The notes under the pieces were generated by a model. It saw nothing but the letters and a program-made list of their open reading frames with translations. It did no database searches and had not been told where the DNA came from. A stretch of 64,000 nt of DNA from Convolutriloba macropyga (Eukaryota): contig NC_134479.1 of NCBI RefSeq assembly GCF_964194025.1, forward strand, positions 25,916,001 through 25,980,000. Direction: 5' to 3'. Position 1 is the stretch's first letter; each line of letters starts with the position of its first letter. This document shows positions 40,950 to 52,106 of the stretch, in pieces. The position numbers were made by a program, and so were the translations under genes.

Positions 40950-43211
40950 GTGGTAAAGCTTGGATGTCTTGCTCATCATCTGTGTTAAATCTGTCGAGTG
41001 TATTCAGTGACAGTGTTGGAGTTGCGGGCATAGAGTTTCGTCGTTGCTGTCGTTTATTAGTTCCCATTTTTTTCTGCAGAGATGACTGTTGGTGATTTCA
41101 TGAGTTGTTTCGCGAGATTTGAAACTACTTCAGCTTTCACATGTTTCGGTACGGAAACTACTGGATTAAGAGGTAAATTGTTTCCATTAAGCGTCATGAA
41201 GTTTAATGCCATTCGTACAAAAGCTACTTTATGTTATAAATACATGAAGATGATATGTAAGGCTAAGTTTCCGATAAAGACAATGATTGTTAACAAAAGA
41301 GAAAGCTTGATGGGTACGTAAGATTTAAGTTTATCAATTATTGCTGGTTTAAATGACTTCATTTTGGTAGTAATGGGCTTTGCTAATGATAACTTTCTTT
41401 TGATCATAACGTCCAATGATTCCGTTGATAACTTTCGATTGGAATAAATGAATTCTGTGTTAACTTTCTTCAGTAAATTGAGGTTTGCGTCTGTGCTTGT
41501 TTCGTTTTTTGTAGCTCGCTTATGTTTGGCATTGAGTCAATTAAATGATCCAGTGGTGCAAGCAATTTCACATTGATTCTTTTCGCTGGAAGGTACTGAC
41601 AACTTTGTAAATCAGCTCTAATTTTAATATGGTCACTGAACATTGTATGTCCACATTATAATGTGATTCAACAGATCTTACAACCTTTATGAGGCATGTT
41701 GGTTTGTCGGCCATTCTCGTCAATACCAATCTCATTAAGAGGAAAATCACTTGAAGCTGATGTGAGTAGCCAAATTCCGTATCCAAGATTCTGTGCTCGT
41801 TCTGGGATAGGTAACACAACCTTCTCTATGTCACATATATTCAATGCTGTAAGTGCATGATGAAACTTGAGGGTTGCTAGGCACGAGGAGAATCCAAGGT
41901 GGGTTTCCCTTCTCTCGTGACAGATTCGGTATCGTAGCGATCCAAGGCAGTTGTCGTACTGGGATCTCGTCAGTACTGTTGTTTCCATCTGTCCTCCTGA
42001 GATTGCTAGGTATTCTCCTTCAATCACCCATTGTAAGGCATCAACTGAGTCTTTCTGGGGCATAGGGATTACATTTGCACAATAGACTTCAAACACTGTC
42101 TGGCTAGAGGCTAAAAGAATGGCTAGTGTCAGTAAAAGTCCGTCTTCTACTGTCGAAATCTCTTGTACAAGTTTCGCGTTGTTTATAAGAAAGTGTGTCA
42201 GTCATGGGTATTGCCAAAGTTAGACGATCTGGGGCGTTTTTTTGACTATCATGAACTGCATCAAGGATCTTTATCAAAGATTTACGAAGTACTTACGATA
42301 GCATTTATAACAATAATTCGGAAAAATTATAAAGCTGCTCGATAACTTTTAATGTCTGCATAAAGTGTAAGAAGTAATGATGCTGCTGTGTCAAAATTAA
42401 ATTTATTTCGGTGCTGCGTTGCTTGAATTTCCATGCAGGTTGCTAATTCATTTAGATTGTGATCTACGATTGCGAATTGTTCCTCAACTAGTTTCCAGTT
42501 TCTGTTCTGGTTTTCTCGCATTTCGTTTTGAACTTTAAAAACCTTTGTAAGTTCGTCAGCAATTAGAAAGAATTTTTCGTCTGTTTCTGCGCCGTTTTCC
42601 ATGACATAGTCTTTAAGGTTAATAAAACTGTTAGCTAGTCTATCGATGTTTTCAGCATTTTGAGACGTTCGTTGGCACGAGCTGAAAATTCCTGCGATTC
42701 CACTGCATCTTCCGCTGCTCATTGCTATTCCTGGACCGGAGAGTCCAATTCCAGCAACTGCGGCAGCTATAGCAAGCGAGGCGGCTGTCTTTTTTCGATT
42801 TGGGTGTCCTCTTCGACTCTTGTAAGGAAATTTTTGGTCTCGTTCCGCAGTTTGAAGACTTCAATTTCGGCTTCAATTGTTTCATTGAGTATTTTCGTGT
42901 AAAGCCAATCAGCATTGAAAACCTCTCTTTGCTTTTCATAAGTAATACTGTGTGTCATATTGCAGAACTCTGACTTAGTAATTCATTAACTTGAGAGTTC
43001 ATGAATTAGAGTTGGAGTCTACTTGGTGTCGCACAGTAAAGTTATAGCGGGGAAACGGGACTAAAAACTCCGCGTTTATGAACTTCTCAGTGATAAGGAT
43101 CTTTCCTTCCTTGTGGAAGATTATTCCTTGGGCCGGCGTTTCTTCTGTGTTGACTGGAGTCTCAAAATTGGCGCCGAAAAGTACGAGATTTATTACGATG
43201 GTAAGTAACAT
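40950..43211 (-). pseudogene. env: Envelope / class I fusion glycoprotein (errantivirus-env / baculovirus-F-like), disrupted
   Basis: Signal peptide MLLTIVINLVLFGA; GIIFHKEGKILITE; cleavage site RKK(T) at 42,797-42,786 (one base from RKKR) directly followed by fusion peptide AASLAIAAAVAGIGLSGPGIAM; heptad helix (42,327-42,722); Cys-rich domain (41,668-42,096); TM LSLLLTIIVFIGNLALHIIFMYL; cytoplasmic tail. Confidence 0.85.
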
Positions 43212-44412
43212 TTTCGTATTTAAATAATAACAATTATGTTTCAGGACAATCTTCTGATGATGTGGCTCTTCTGGGTGTTCAACTGGTTTCTATTTGGCTT
43301 TCCGGTGTTCATTTGCTCATTTATTTAATGTAATCGGGCCTCTGGTTCTAATTTTCTCAATATGGCACTTATTTATGTGGTATTTATTTGTTTCAGGTGA
43401 ACTCTACTTTCCCACCACATGTATTGATGTGTGTGTGTTTATTAATATTACCACTAAATATGGTGTTTAAACATGCTGAAGTGTAGTTGTTTGGTTAAAT
43501 GGTGGATGTGTGATGATAGTGGTTGCGGGGGTCGAATTATGCAGTTTTTACATGTTTTTTTGAGTTTTTCAGATTATTCTGATATCAATATGTTTTTTAA
43601 TATTACTGTCGGCCCGAATAATATCACTCTGGGATGCTGCAGCAACGGGACCAGGTATGTATCAAGGAGATGGGTTCACTGGTCTCGTCTTATTCATTCA
43701 GAGTGTAATATTAATGCAATATGAAGTACAGTAATAGTTAATAGTATAGAAGATGGAAGAGATGGTTGGGACTGTGACGTAATATTGTTATTAGTATTCA
43801 TATTATTATTCATGCTATTCGGGATTATTGGGATGTGGAGAAGAAGAAGGAGGGGAAGATGTGTGGGAGGAAGGGAGGAGAGTGTGGAGATTGAAGAAGA
43901 GAAGGATGAGGGAGGAGTTGAGATGCAGGAGATGACAGTATAACTAGTTATTTATATTTTTTATTTAACTCATTGACTGACTTTTAGTTATATATACTTA
44001 GTTGTAGTTTGGATTAGTTTGTTTTAATATACTGACTAATACACTTGGTGCTATTAATAAAAAATAAGTTGCCACTAATATCATAGTATTTAGTATATAT
44101 ATCAAACTTGTTTTGTGGGGGGTTGAGGACATAATTAGGGGATAAAATGAGGCGTAATGAATAAGTAAATGTTAGTGAAGGGTGTAATTGTGTGCTCAGA
44201 GTGGTGTTGTGTGTTTTACGGCATGTGTTGTTAACTATTAGCGGTCGTTGTAGCATGGTATTTAAAAGTCCTTGGCATTTATTGCATAATTTGTTCCGCT
44301 TGTGTGTTTTCATTCCTGTGGTTGTTCATTTTTCAAGTGTCACTTTAACTTTTAGCTTGCTTGATAACTAGTTTGACTCAGTTTTTGAAATTTCAGTTAC
44401 CTATTGTTAGTC

Positions 44413-45124
44413 ATGGATGCTGCCCAGTATGAAGATTTTCTGTCTTTCGTGCGAAGAAGATCGTTTCCTCAGTCTGAATGGGTGTATCCAGCATTTGTTC
44501 GGACATTTGAGGACCGAAAAGCTTATCGGGCAAGGGTAGAACACTTGAGACTTGGAACAAAGAATGTGCGGACGTCGAAATTGGTCGTGAATCGCGAAGT
44601 ATTGGTGTAAAAAGTGGAAGTGAAGAAGGGCGATGAGGTACAAGTTCAGGAGAAGGAGATTCCAACTCAGCAGATGGTCGCTCAGGAATTGGCTCCTCTT
44701 CATGTCGGGTTCAGTGCTTCAGCGGTGCACACGACTCGTGTGGGGACGCAAGTCAATCGCTTGAAAGCTGGCGGGTTATTTCCACGTTCGATGGGTGGAT
44801 TGCAGGCCGTCGTTGAAAGGTAAATGCATATGTGTATAATAATTATGTATATTTTTATGTATTTTTCTTTAGTTTTTTGTGTTTATTATTACTTGTGGAG
44901 GGATTTGTGCTTTTTGTTCAGAGCCAATTGTGAATGCGTGCTATTTTTTCGCGAAGAAAATGCGCGGCAAAGAGGTGCATTGCACTTTTTTCTATGCGAA
45001 TCTTCGCGCAAATGTGTGTGCTGTTTTGGGGTATGAGTTCTACAATGACATTTACGCTGAGTATGTCGACGTAGTGTCATTTATAACTCCAAAGTGGCTT
45101 GGTGCGGCTGCTGTTAGGGCCTAA
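44413..45124 (+). pseudogene. Antisense cargo ORF inside the element, apparently spliced; weak resemblance to integrase-type HHCC zinc-binding region
   Basis: TTTCAG acceptor at 44,391-96, ATG 44,413, ~135 codons in one frame with a single stop (44,608), AAG|GTAAAT donor at 44,820, short AT-rich intron-like tract, then Cys-rich sequence; H-x8-H in LHVGFSASAVH. Confidence 0.4.
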
Positions 45125-46439
45125 GTTGGCGGTCTTTGTGCTCTCAGGGATCTTTACTACACGTTATTTGGTCGAAAGTCGGGTATTTATTGTGTTTTTT
45201 CGCAATTTTCATTAGTTTTGGGACTCTAATTCACATTTATTCGATTTATTGCAGTTAAGAAGGTTCCCTAATAATATTATTCGTGCATTGCGCTTGGCTA
45301 TTGTGGCCCGGATGCGTTCGCCTGGGTTCTCGGAGCTTGTGAAAGACCAGTTAGGATAATCTGTGTCTGAGTATGAGATTGCTGAGAGTGAAGACAATGG
45401 ATCATTGGCCGAGTTCTGGGTAAATTATACCTTCAATACGTGGTAATTCTGGTACGAGAATGTGTAGGTAGATGTAATCTGAGGTTTTGTTGTTTAGTTT
45501 GTTGGTATGGCGTATTTCCGTGGATGCAATGTCAATATCTATTGGCAGTATAATGAGGAAATGGCGGTGGGCTGGGTATGCTACAGGCATTCTGTCAAAG
45601 CTAAGGCCACCGCTCCGGCTGTACTGATCCAACAATTCATCAACAATTCATCGACAATGAGTATCGGTACCATTGTGCGCCAATTGTGGACTTTCCGAAG
45701 TGATTATTTAACTGTTTTTGTGCAGAATTAATCGATTTTTAGTGCAATTTTGAGACAATTTATTCACTTTCATGCCCTTTAAACAGGTTGGATGAAGTTG
45801 AGAGGTACGTGACTTGTTCTAGTAAGGCAAGGGGTCATGCCGTTCAGAGTACTAGTGGTGGTGGTACTGTGGCTCAGGATAACGCCGATGAGAATTAACT
45901 AGTGTAGGTGCAATTGTATTCATCATGTAGCTTAGTTTTATTTATAGGTGAGTTTTTACTTATTATTTGTCGATTATAGCCTTGATAATTGGTTTTTACT
46001 GCTGGAAGTAGGAGCTTTGGTGTATGTGAGCATGTGGTAATGTTTTAATTGCGGTGTATAACTATATAATGACATATTTGTGAAAGTGCCAGAATGGTGA
46101 TATAATGACTTTTTTTTTCATTTTTGAGCATTAACTTTGCTTTACTTATGAAATATGGGTCTTAGACTGGTTCTAAGGGCTCTAAACACTTGCGCTAGTT
46201 GTTTGCGGCACTTGCCTTTTTGTGTAATATGAACTGGTTTGAGAGAATCTAATTTTCACATGTAATTTTTTTTCGTAATTTAGGTAATTTTTCTGCATCA
46301 AACTGGTGTTACATATATGTGAATTTTTCAATTTTTATTGAAATTTTAGCAAATTTTTTGGCTTGGCCCACTCGATAGACATTGGGGAACAATTAAGCTT
46401 TAAATTTAGGTTTTAGGACACTTTGCGGTCAATTTTTTT

Positions 46440-48790
46440 ATTCATGTGTGAGAAGTCGAAAAATGCGAAATTTCAGGCAGCCCAGCGTCACGCGATTTTT
46501 AAGTTGCTCCAATCGGGCTCAAAATTGGCAGACTGCTTCAGCGGCTCAAAAAATGCTGCAGCAAAAAAAATTTGGCGAAGTTTGAGCATTTTTCGCAAAG
46601 TTATGATTTTTCGCAAAGTTATGACTATTTTCGTGATCGGAACCTGGCTATTTTTGAATCGTCAAATTTCGGGCTAAATAAGTCATCACTGTTCGTACAT
46701 TATCAATACTGTTAAATGGCACTGTCCCTGCTTGGTACTAATGTATATTACTAAACTATAAGTTTTTAAGCTATTTATTGGGTCAGAACATTGATTTTTG
46801 GATCCAAAATTCTAATTTTCAGGCGTGATTTTTCCACTAATTGAGCTTTTTCAAGACATGTGTCGGTCTAGTGATGCACTAGTGGCCTAAATCGGGCGCT
46901 AAATGTTAGTACTGATATCTGTGGCTATCAGGGGTAGCGTTTTGGTAGCTGTGGAGATGTTTAATTTGTGTTTTGTGCCAGTTTTTCTGTGAAATTTGGT
47001 GGATTTTTTCTTGTGATACGTGATGTTTGGTGCATAAATTGACATAGGTTGGAGATAATAGATTTTTGACGATAATTGAGGGTAACACTAGTGAGTACTA
47101 AGTTGGTGGCAGCTATTGGTGCAGTTTGATGCATGATTTGAGGTCTTTTTTTTTGAGTTTTTTAATTTAGATTTTTTGGCTAAATTTGATCAAATATGTG
47201 CAATTTTTGATTTTTTTTTTATTTTTTTCAACATTTATGAATTTTAGTGCAATTGTATTATTAGGCTTGGGCAACTAGTAGAGAGTCTGAATATTGGATA
47301 TGGGCTCATAAGTCAGCTATTTGATGCTATTTTTCTGGCTCTATTTTGACTAATTTGAGAAGAGTTTGGTAGGCTTCAGTTTTTTGCTATTATTTCAACA
47401 GTTTACTTATCAATTTTCAAAAATTTGATCAAGTTGAGCGTGTAGAGCTTGAGCCTGCGGATGTCTTAAGCTAATAATATTGGGTTTTTGATCACTATAT
47501 CAGATTCTATAAACATGTTCGTGAATTTTCAAAGAGTCTCCAAAAACAGGCAGCCCAGCGTCACGCAATTTTTAAAATGCTTCGATCGCGCTCAAAATTT
47601 AAAGATCGCTTTATCGGCTCAAAAAATCCTGCAGCGCATTGGACGGTTTCAACAATTTTTTCAAGAGCTATGACGTTTTTGCTGCAGTGAACCTGGGTTT
47701 TTTGAGAAGGCTCAGATAGGGGATAGGTTATTGGCTATGAGGTTATGAAAACCTTGTTCAAAAGGGTTGAACAGCTATGGTTGGACTGTTCAAGAGTATG
47801 TCTAACTGAATGAACAATATTATTGGGCATATTCAGGTATTAAGAAGCTTTTTTCATAACTTTTTTTTGGAAATTACACTCAATTTTTTGTGATTTTCGT
47901 TACTTTGGCAGTCTTTTCTCAGCTTGTATTGGCACTAAGGGACTGGGAGTGCATATTCTGAAAGATATGGATTTGAAAGTGCTAATGGTGTAGTTAAATT
48001 TTGTCAGAAATATTTAATTTCATCTCTAGTCGGAAATAACTGAATTTTTTTAGGCAAAATTGTGGCAATTTTAGAGCTTATTTGTGTATAAGTCTTCATG
48101 GTTGGTACTGGGCTGAGCTGGGACTGGTTCTTAAGATACTAAAAGGCTAGTGGGGAGTACACCAGGGTTGTAGAGGGCATATGTGGCATCAATCAGGTCA
48201 GGTGGGAAATAAAATGACAAAATTTTTGAAGCGGTGAATTGAAGCAGAAGCGCAATTTTCGTGTTTTTGTCATTTTTTAACATATACTTGGAAAAAATTG
48301 GTTTTAATGGTTGTTTGACGTTGTACCAAGTGGATGGCAGCTGTGAGTAACTGCTGGAGGCATTTGGGACAGTTTTTGGCATATTTATGGGGTATAATTT
48401 ACACTACAATTTAATCAATTTTAACGAAATTTGGTAGGGTTCGGTATTTTTGCCATAACTCAAGTTTTATAGATTTTTGACGGGCATTTTGGGTACTGGG
48501 ATGTCACTCGTGAGCAGTAATTTTCTAGGTCTATAAAATAGGTCAATTGGGGGTTTTTTGTAGGAGTTATCGTTGAATTCGTGCGGATTCAAAAAGTGTG
48601 AAATTTCAGGCAGCCCAGCGTCACTCAATTTTTAAAATTCTTCAAATAGCTTCAAATTTTGCATATCAATTTTGCGGCTTGAAAAACGCAGCGCAAAAAT
48701 TTGGAGTAATCGGGGCGTTTCTCACAATTTTATGACTGTTTTTCTGAGGTGAACCTAGGATTTTTGGCAAGGTCAATTTTAGGCTAAGTT
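46440..48790. repeat. Three ~200-bp modules with invariant core CAGGCAGCCCAGCGTCAC spaced ~1.07 kb apart
   Basis: Core at 46,474, 47,547 and 48,607 (fourth at 51,198 via duplication); each followed by ..TTTTAA..TCAAA.TT..CGGCT..AAAAA..GCAGC..TATGAC..GAACCT.G. Confidence 0.85.
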
Positions 48791-49027
48791 TTTGTTAATT
48801 GGAACGGGTCAGAAGGAGTCAATTATACCTGAAATCACTTTTACTGAATTAGGGCTTTTCAGAACGAACAAATAGTTCTTGAGATATATTAAAATAACTA
48901 GGTTTTAAGGTCAAAACTTTTCGAATTTTCGACAATTTTTGAAATTAGGGCTAAGTTGCTCAGGCTTGTTGGGCTTTTGGTGCAAATAGAGGGTTTTGCT
49001 AGGCTTGTACTTTGTCTGTTCGTGCGA

Positions 49028-49420
49028 ATGGATATAGATGGTTATGGGTAGGGGGTTAAAATCTAATTTATCATAGTTGCTAAATTATCATAGTTACCAC
49101 TGACGAGTTTCGGGTGTATTAAGTGTGAAATTCCTGCTTCTATTACTATTTTTCTCAGTTCATAAAGACTTGCTAATACAGTTTGTATGTGGGCTTGTAA
49201 TAGTAACTAATTTTGGTAACTAAACTGAAGATATAACGCTCAAAATATTGGTCAAAAGATATTAAAACTGAGCCAATTTTTTGTGGATATCTAAGTTTGG
49301 TTGCGCTTGGGGCTGCTGGGTAACAGCTTTTGACTTGTCGGGCTAATCCCTTTGCCATTGCAAGGTCTGCTGATATACAGCGGGCAAAAGAGTGCGGAGA
49401 GTATAAGATATCTCTTGGTG
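49028..49420 (-). pseudogene. TARG1/OARD1 (Poa1p-like) macrodomain, duplicate copy
   Basis: RDILYSPHSFARCISADLAMAKGLARQVK...RYIFSLVTKISYYYKPTY; small insertion near the GYDKL motif in this copy. Confidence 0.85.
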
Positions 49421-51637
49421 AACTTAGATATGTTGCAATTATTTCTTGACTAAAATGATTTAAATTTTAATTTGTTGACCTTGACAGAGTTTTTTGATTG
49501 AGATCTAGTTACTGGTCTAGTTCCTGTCAGTTAACATAAATTGTTCTTCATGTGTTTCTGGAGGTGATTCTATGTCAAATGGTACTATTGATGGTTGGGA
49601 CTGTTGAGCAGGTAAAAACATTCCGTCACCTGATGAAGATGATACCAGAGGAACACGAATTTCTGTTTCTTGCTGTCTAATTTCATCAGAAATTAACGGA
49701 TGAAACGGTTTTCTAGCTATTTTTTCTGCATCTAGGTTCAAGTGAGAGAGGTTTTTATCTGAATTGATAATTTCTTCAAATAAGTTGGGAATTGCTTCAT
49801 CTGAAATTGAAGAATCAAATACCGGGAGATTTACTGATGCTGTTCGTGGTCTAACTACTGGTGCTACTACCCTTGGTGGGGCCAGTGGTACTGCTGGAGG
49901 TGCTGCTGCTGCTGCTGGTCTTGCTAATGGTCCACATAGGGGAACATTTTTGTTCACTCTGACTGGGTCTTGTTTCACCGTCTTTGATTGTTGTATCTCC
50001 TTTTCTTCTTCGATTATTAATTCCGGAATATGTTTATCAAATAGATCTGGTTCAATATGTTTTCTTCTCGATGGATCAGGGTTGAAAGTTTTCATGGTTA
50101 ATGACTTCAAGGTCTTCAGGAGTTTCACTTGGTTTAATTGGTTTCAATCTGATACGATGTACATATTGTGTTTAATTCGTGTTTACTTTTCGAATGATAT
50201 AATTAGAGTCAGTGAGGACTTCTTCCACTTTATATAGCGGTAGCCATTTCTGAACTTGGGGAGTTATTACAGTTGATTGTTCTAGTAGCTTAGGGTTCAA
50301 AAGTAAACAGAGTGATTTCTCCGAAATAGGTTTAGCTGAGGCTTTTTGGTCATAGTACTTTTTTTATTTCAAGTGTGCAGTCGTCAGTTATTCTTTGTTT
50401 TCTCCAAAGTTTTGCATCATGGCGTCTTGCAGTTCATTTTAAAATCCTAATTTACTGCTACTGCATCCATTACTTGTCTAGAGAATCTAATGTCAAGGGG
50501 TTTTATTGGTTCTTTGCAATGGAATAAAGATGAAGGACAACAATTTGTTGCTGAGTGATAAGAAGTATTACGAATGAGCGTTGCTAGAAGAACATATTTA
50601 TACCAGTCTTTCCATTGTGCTTCAGTATTGAGCTTCAATATTGTTTCAGTGGTCCATGAGATCGCTCTACTGCTCCAATGTTCTGAGGGTGCTTTAGTGA
50701 GGCATGTTTTAACTTTGCTTCTAGTAAATTTGCTAATTCTGACATTAATTCTGAAGTAAATTTGTTCCTAAGTCACTAAGTATTGTTTGAGGAATGTAAC
50801 TGTGATGGAAAAACACTTTTACTAATTCTCGGGCTACTGTGTAAGCATATCCATTCGTTAATGGGACTGCAAATAGATACGTTTTGAAAACATCTAATCC
50901 ACTCAAAAGATACTTAAATTGCGAGGACTTTAGGGGGCCTACTAAATCGATTTGGAGCATATCTCCTTGGTATATTTATGGGGTATAATTTACACTACAA
51001 TTTAATCAATTTTAACGAAATTTGGTAGGGTTCGGTATTTTTGCCATAACTCAAGTTTTATAGATTTTTGACGGGCATTTTGGGTACTGGGATGTCACTC
51101 GTGAGCAGTAATGGTCTAGGTCTATAAAATAGGTCAATTGGGGGTTTTTTGTAGGAGTTATCATTGAATTCGTGCGGATTCAAAAAGTGTGAAATTTCAG
51201 GCAGCCCAGCGTCACTCATTTTTTAAAATTCTCCAAATAGCTTCAAATTTTGCATATCAATTTCGCGGCTTGAAAAACGCAGCGCAAAAATTTGGAGTAA
51301 TCGGGGCGTTTCTCACAATTTTATGACTGTTTTTCTGAGGTGAACCTAGGATTTTTGGCAAGGTCAATTTTAGGCTAAGTTTTTGTTAATTGGAACGGGT
51401 CAGAAGGAGTCAAATATACCTGAAATCACTTTTACTGAATTAGGGCTTTTCAGAACGAAAGATTTTTCCAGGTTCGAACAAATAGTTCTTGAGATATATT
51501 AAAATAACTAGGTTTTAAGGTCAAAACTTTTCGAATTTTCGACAATTTTTGAAATTAGGGCTAAGTTGCTCAGGCTTGTTGGGCTTTTGGTGCAAATAGA
51601 GGGTTTTGCTAGGCTTGTACTTAGTCTGTTCGTGCGA

Positions 51638-52010
51638 ATGGATATAGATGGTTATGGGTAGGGGGTTAAAATCTAATTTATCATAGCCACTGACGAGTTT
51701 CGGGAGTATTAAGTGTGAAATTCCTGCTTCTATTACTATTTTTCTCAGTTCATAAAGACTTGCTAATACAGTTTGTATGTGGGCTTGTAATAGTAACTAA
51801 TTTTGGTAACTAAACTGAAGATATAACGCTCAAAATATTGGTCAAAAGATATTAAAACTGAGTCAATTTTTTGTGGATATCTAAGTTTGGTTGCGCTTGG
51901 GACTGCTGGGTAACAGCTTTTGACTTGTCGGGCTAATCCCTTTGCCATTGCAAGGTCTGCTGATATACAGCGGGCAAAAGAGTGCGGAGAGTATAAGATA
52001 TCTCTTGGTG
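51638..52010 (-). pseudogene. TARG1/OARD1 (Poa1p-like) macrodomain downstream of integrase
   Basis: SFARCISADLAMAKGLA ~ TARG1 SLAHCISEDCRMGAGIA; RYIFSLVTK..YYKPTY ~ RYIYYLITK..SHKPTY; after a frameshift AGISHLILPKLVSGYDKLDF ~ [20 protein letters not shown]; terminal ITIYIH strand. Confidence 0.88.
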
Positions 52011-52106
52011 AACTTAGATATGTTGCAATTATTTCTTGACTAAAATGATTTAAATTTTAATTTGTTGACCTTGACCGAGTTTTTTGATTGAGATCTAGTT
52101 ACTGGT

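Noticed and set aside
46474-51215. 18-bp repeats as CRISPR repeats
   Set aside because: Spacing is ~1 kb and flanks are partly homologous; incompatible with CRISPR geometry
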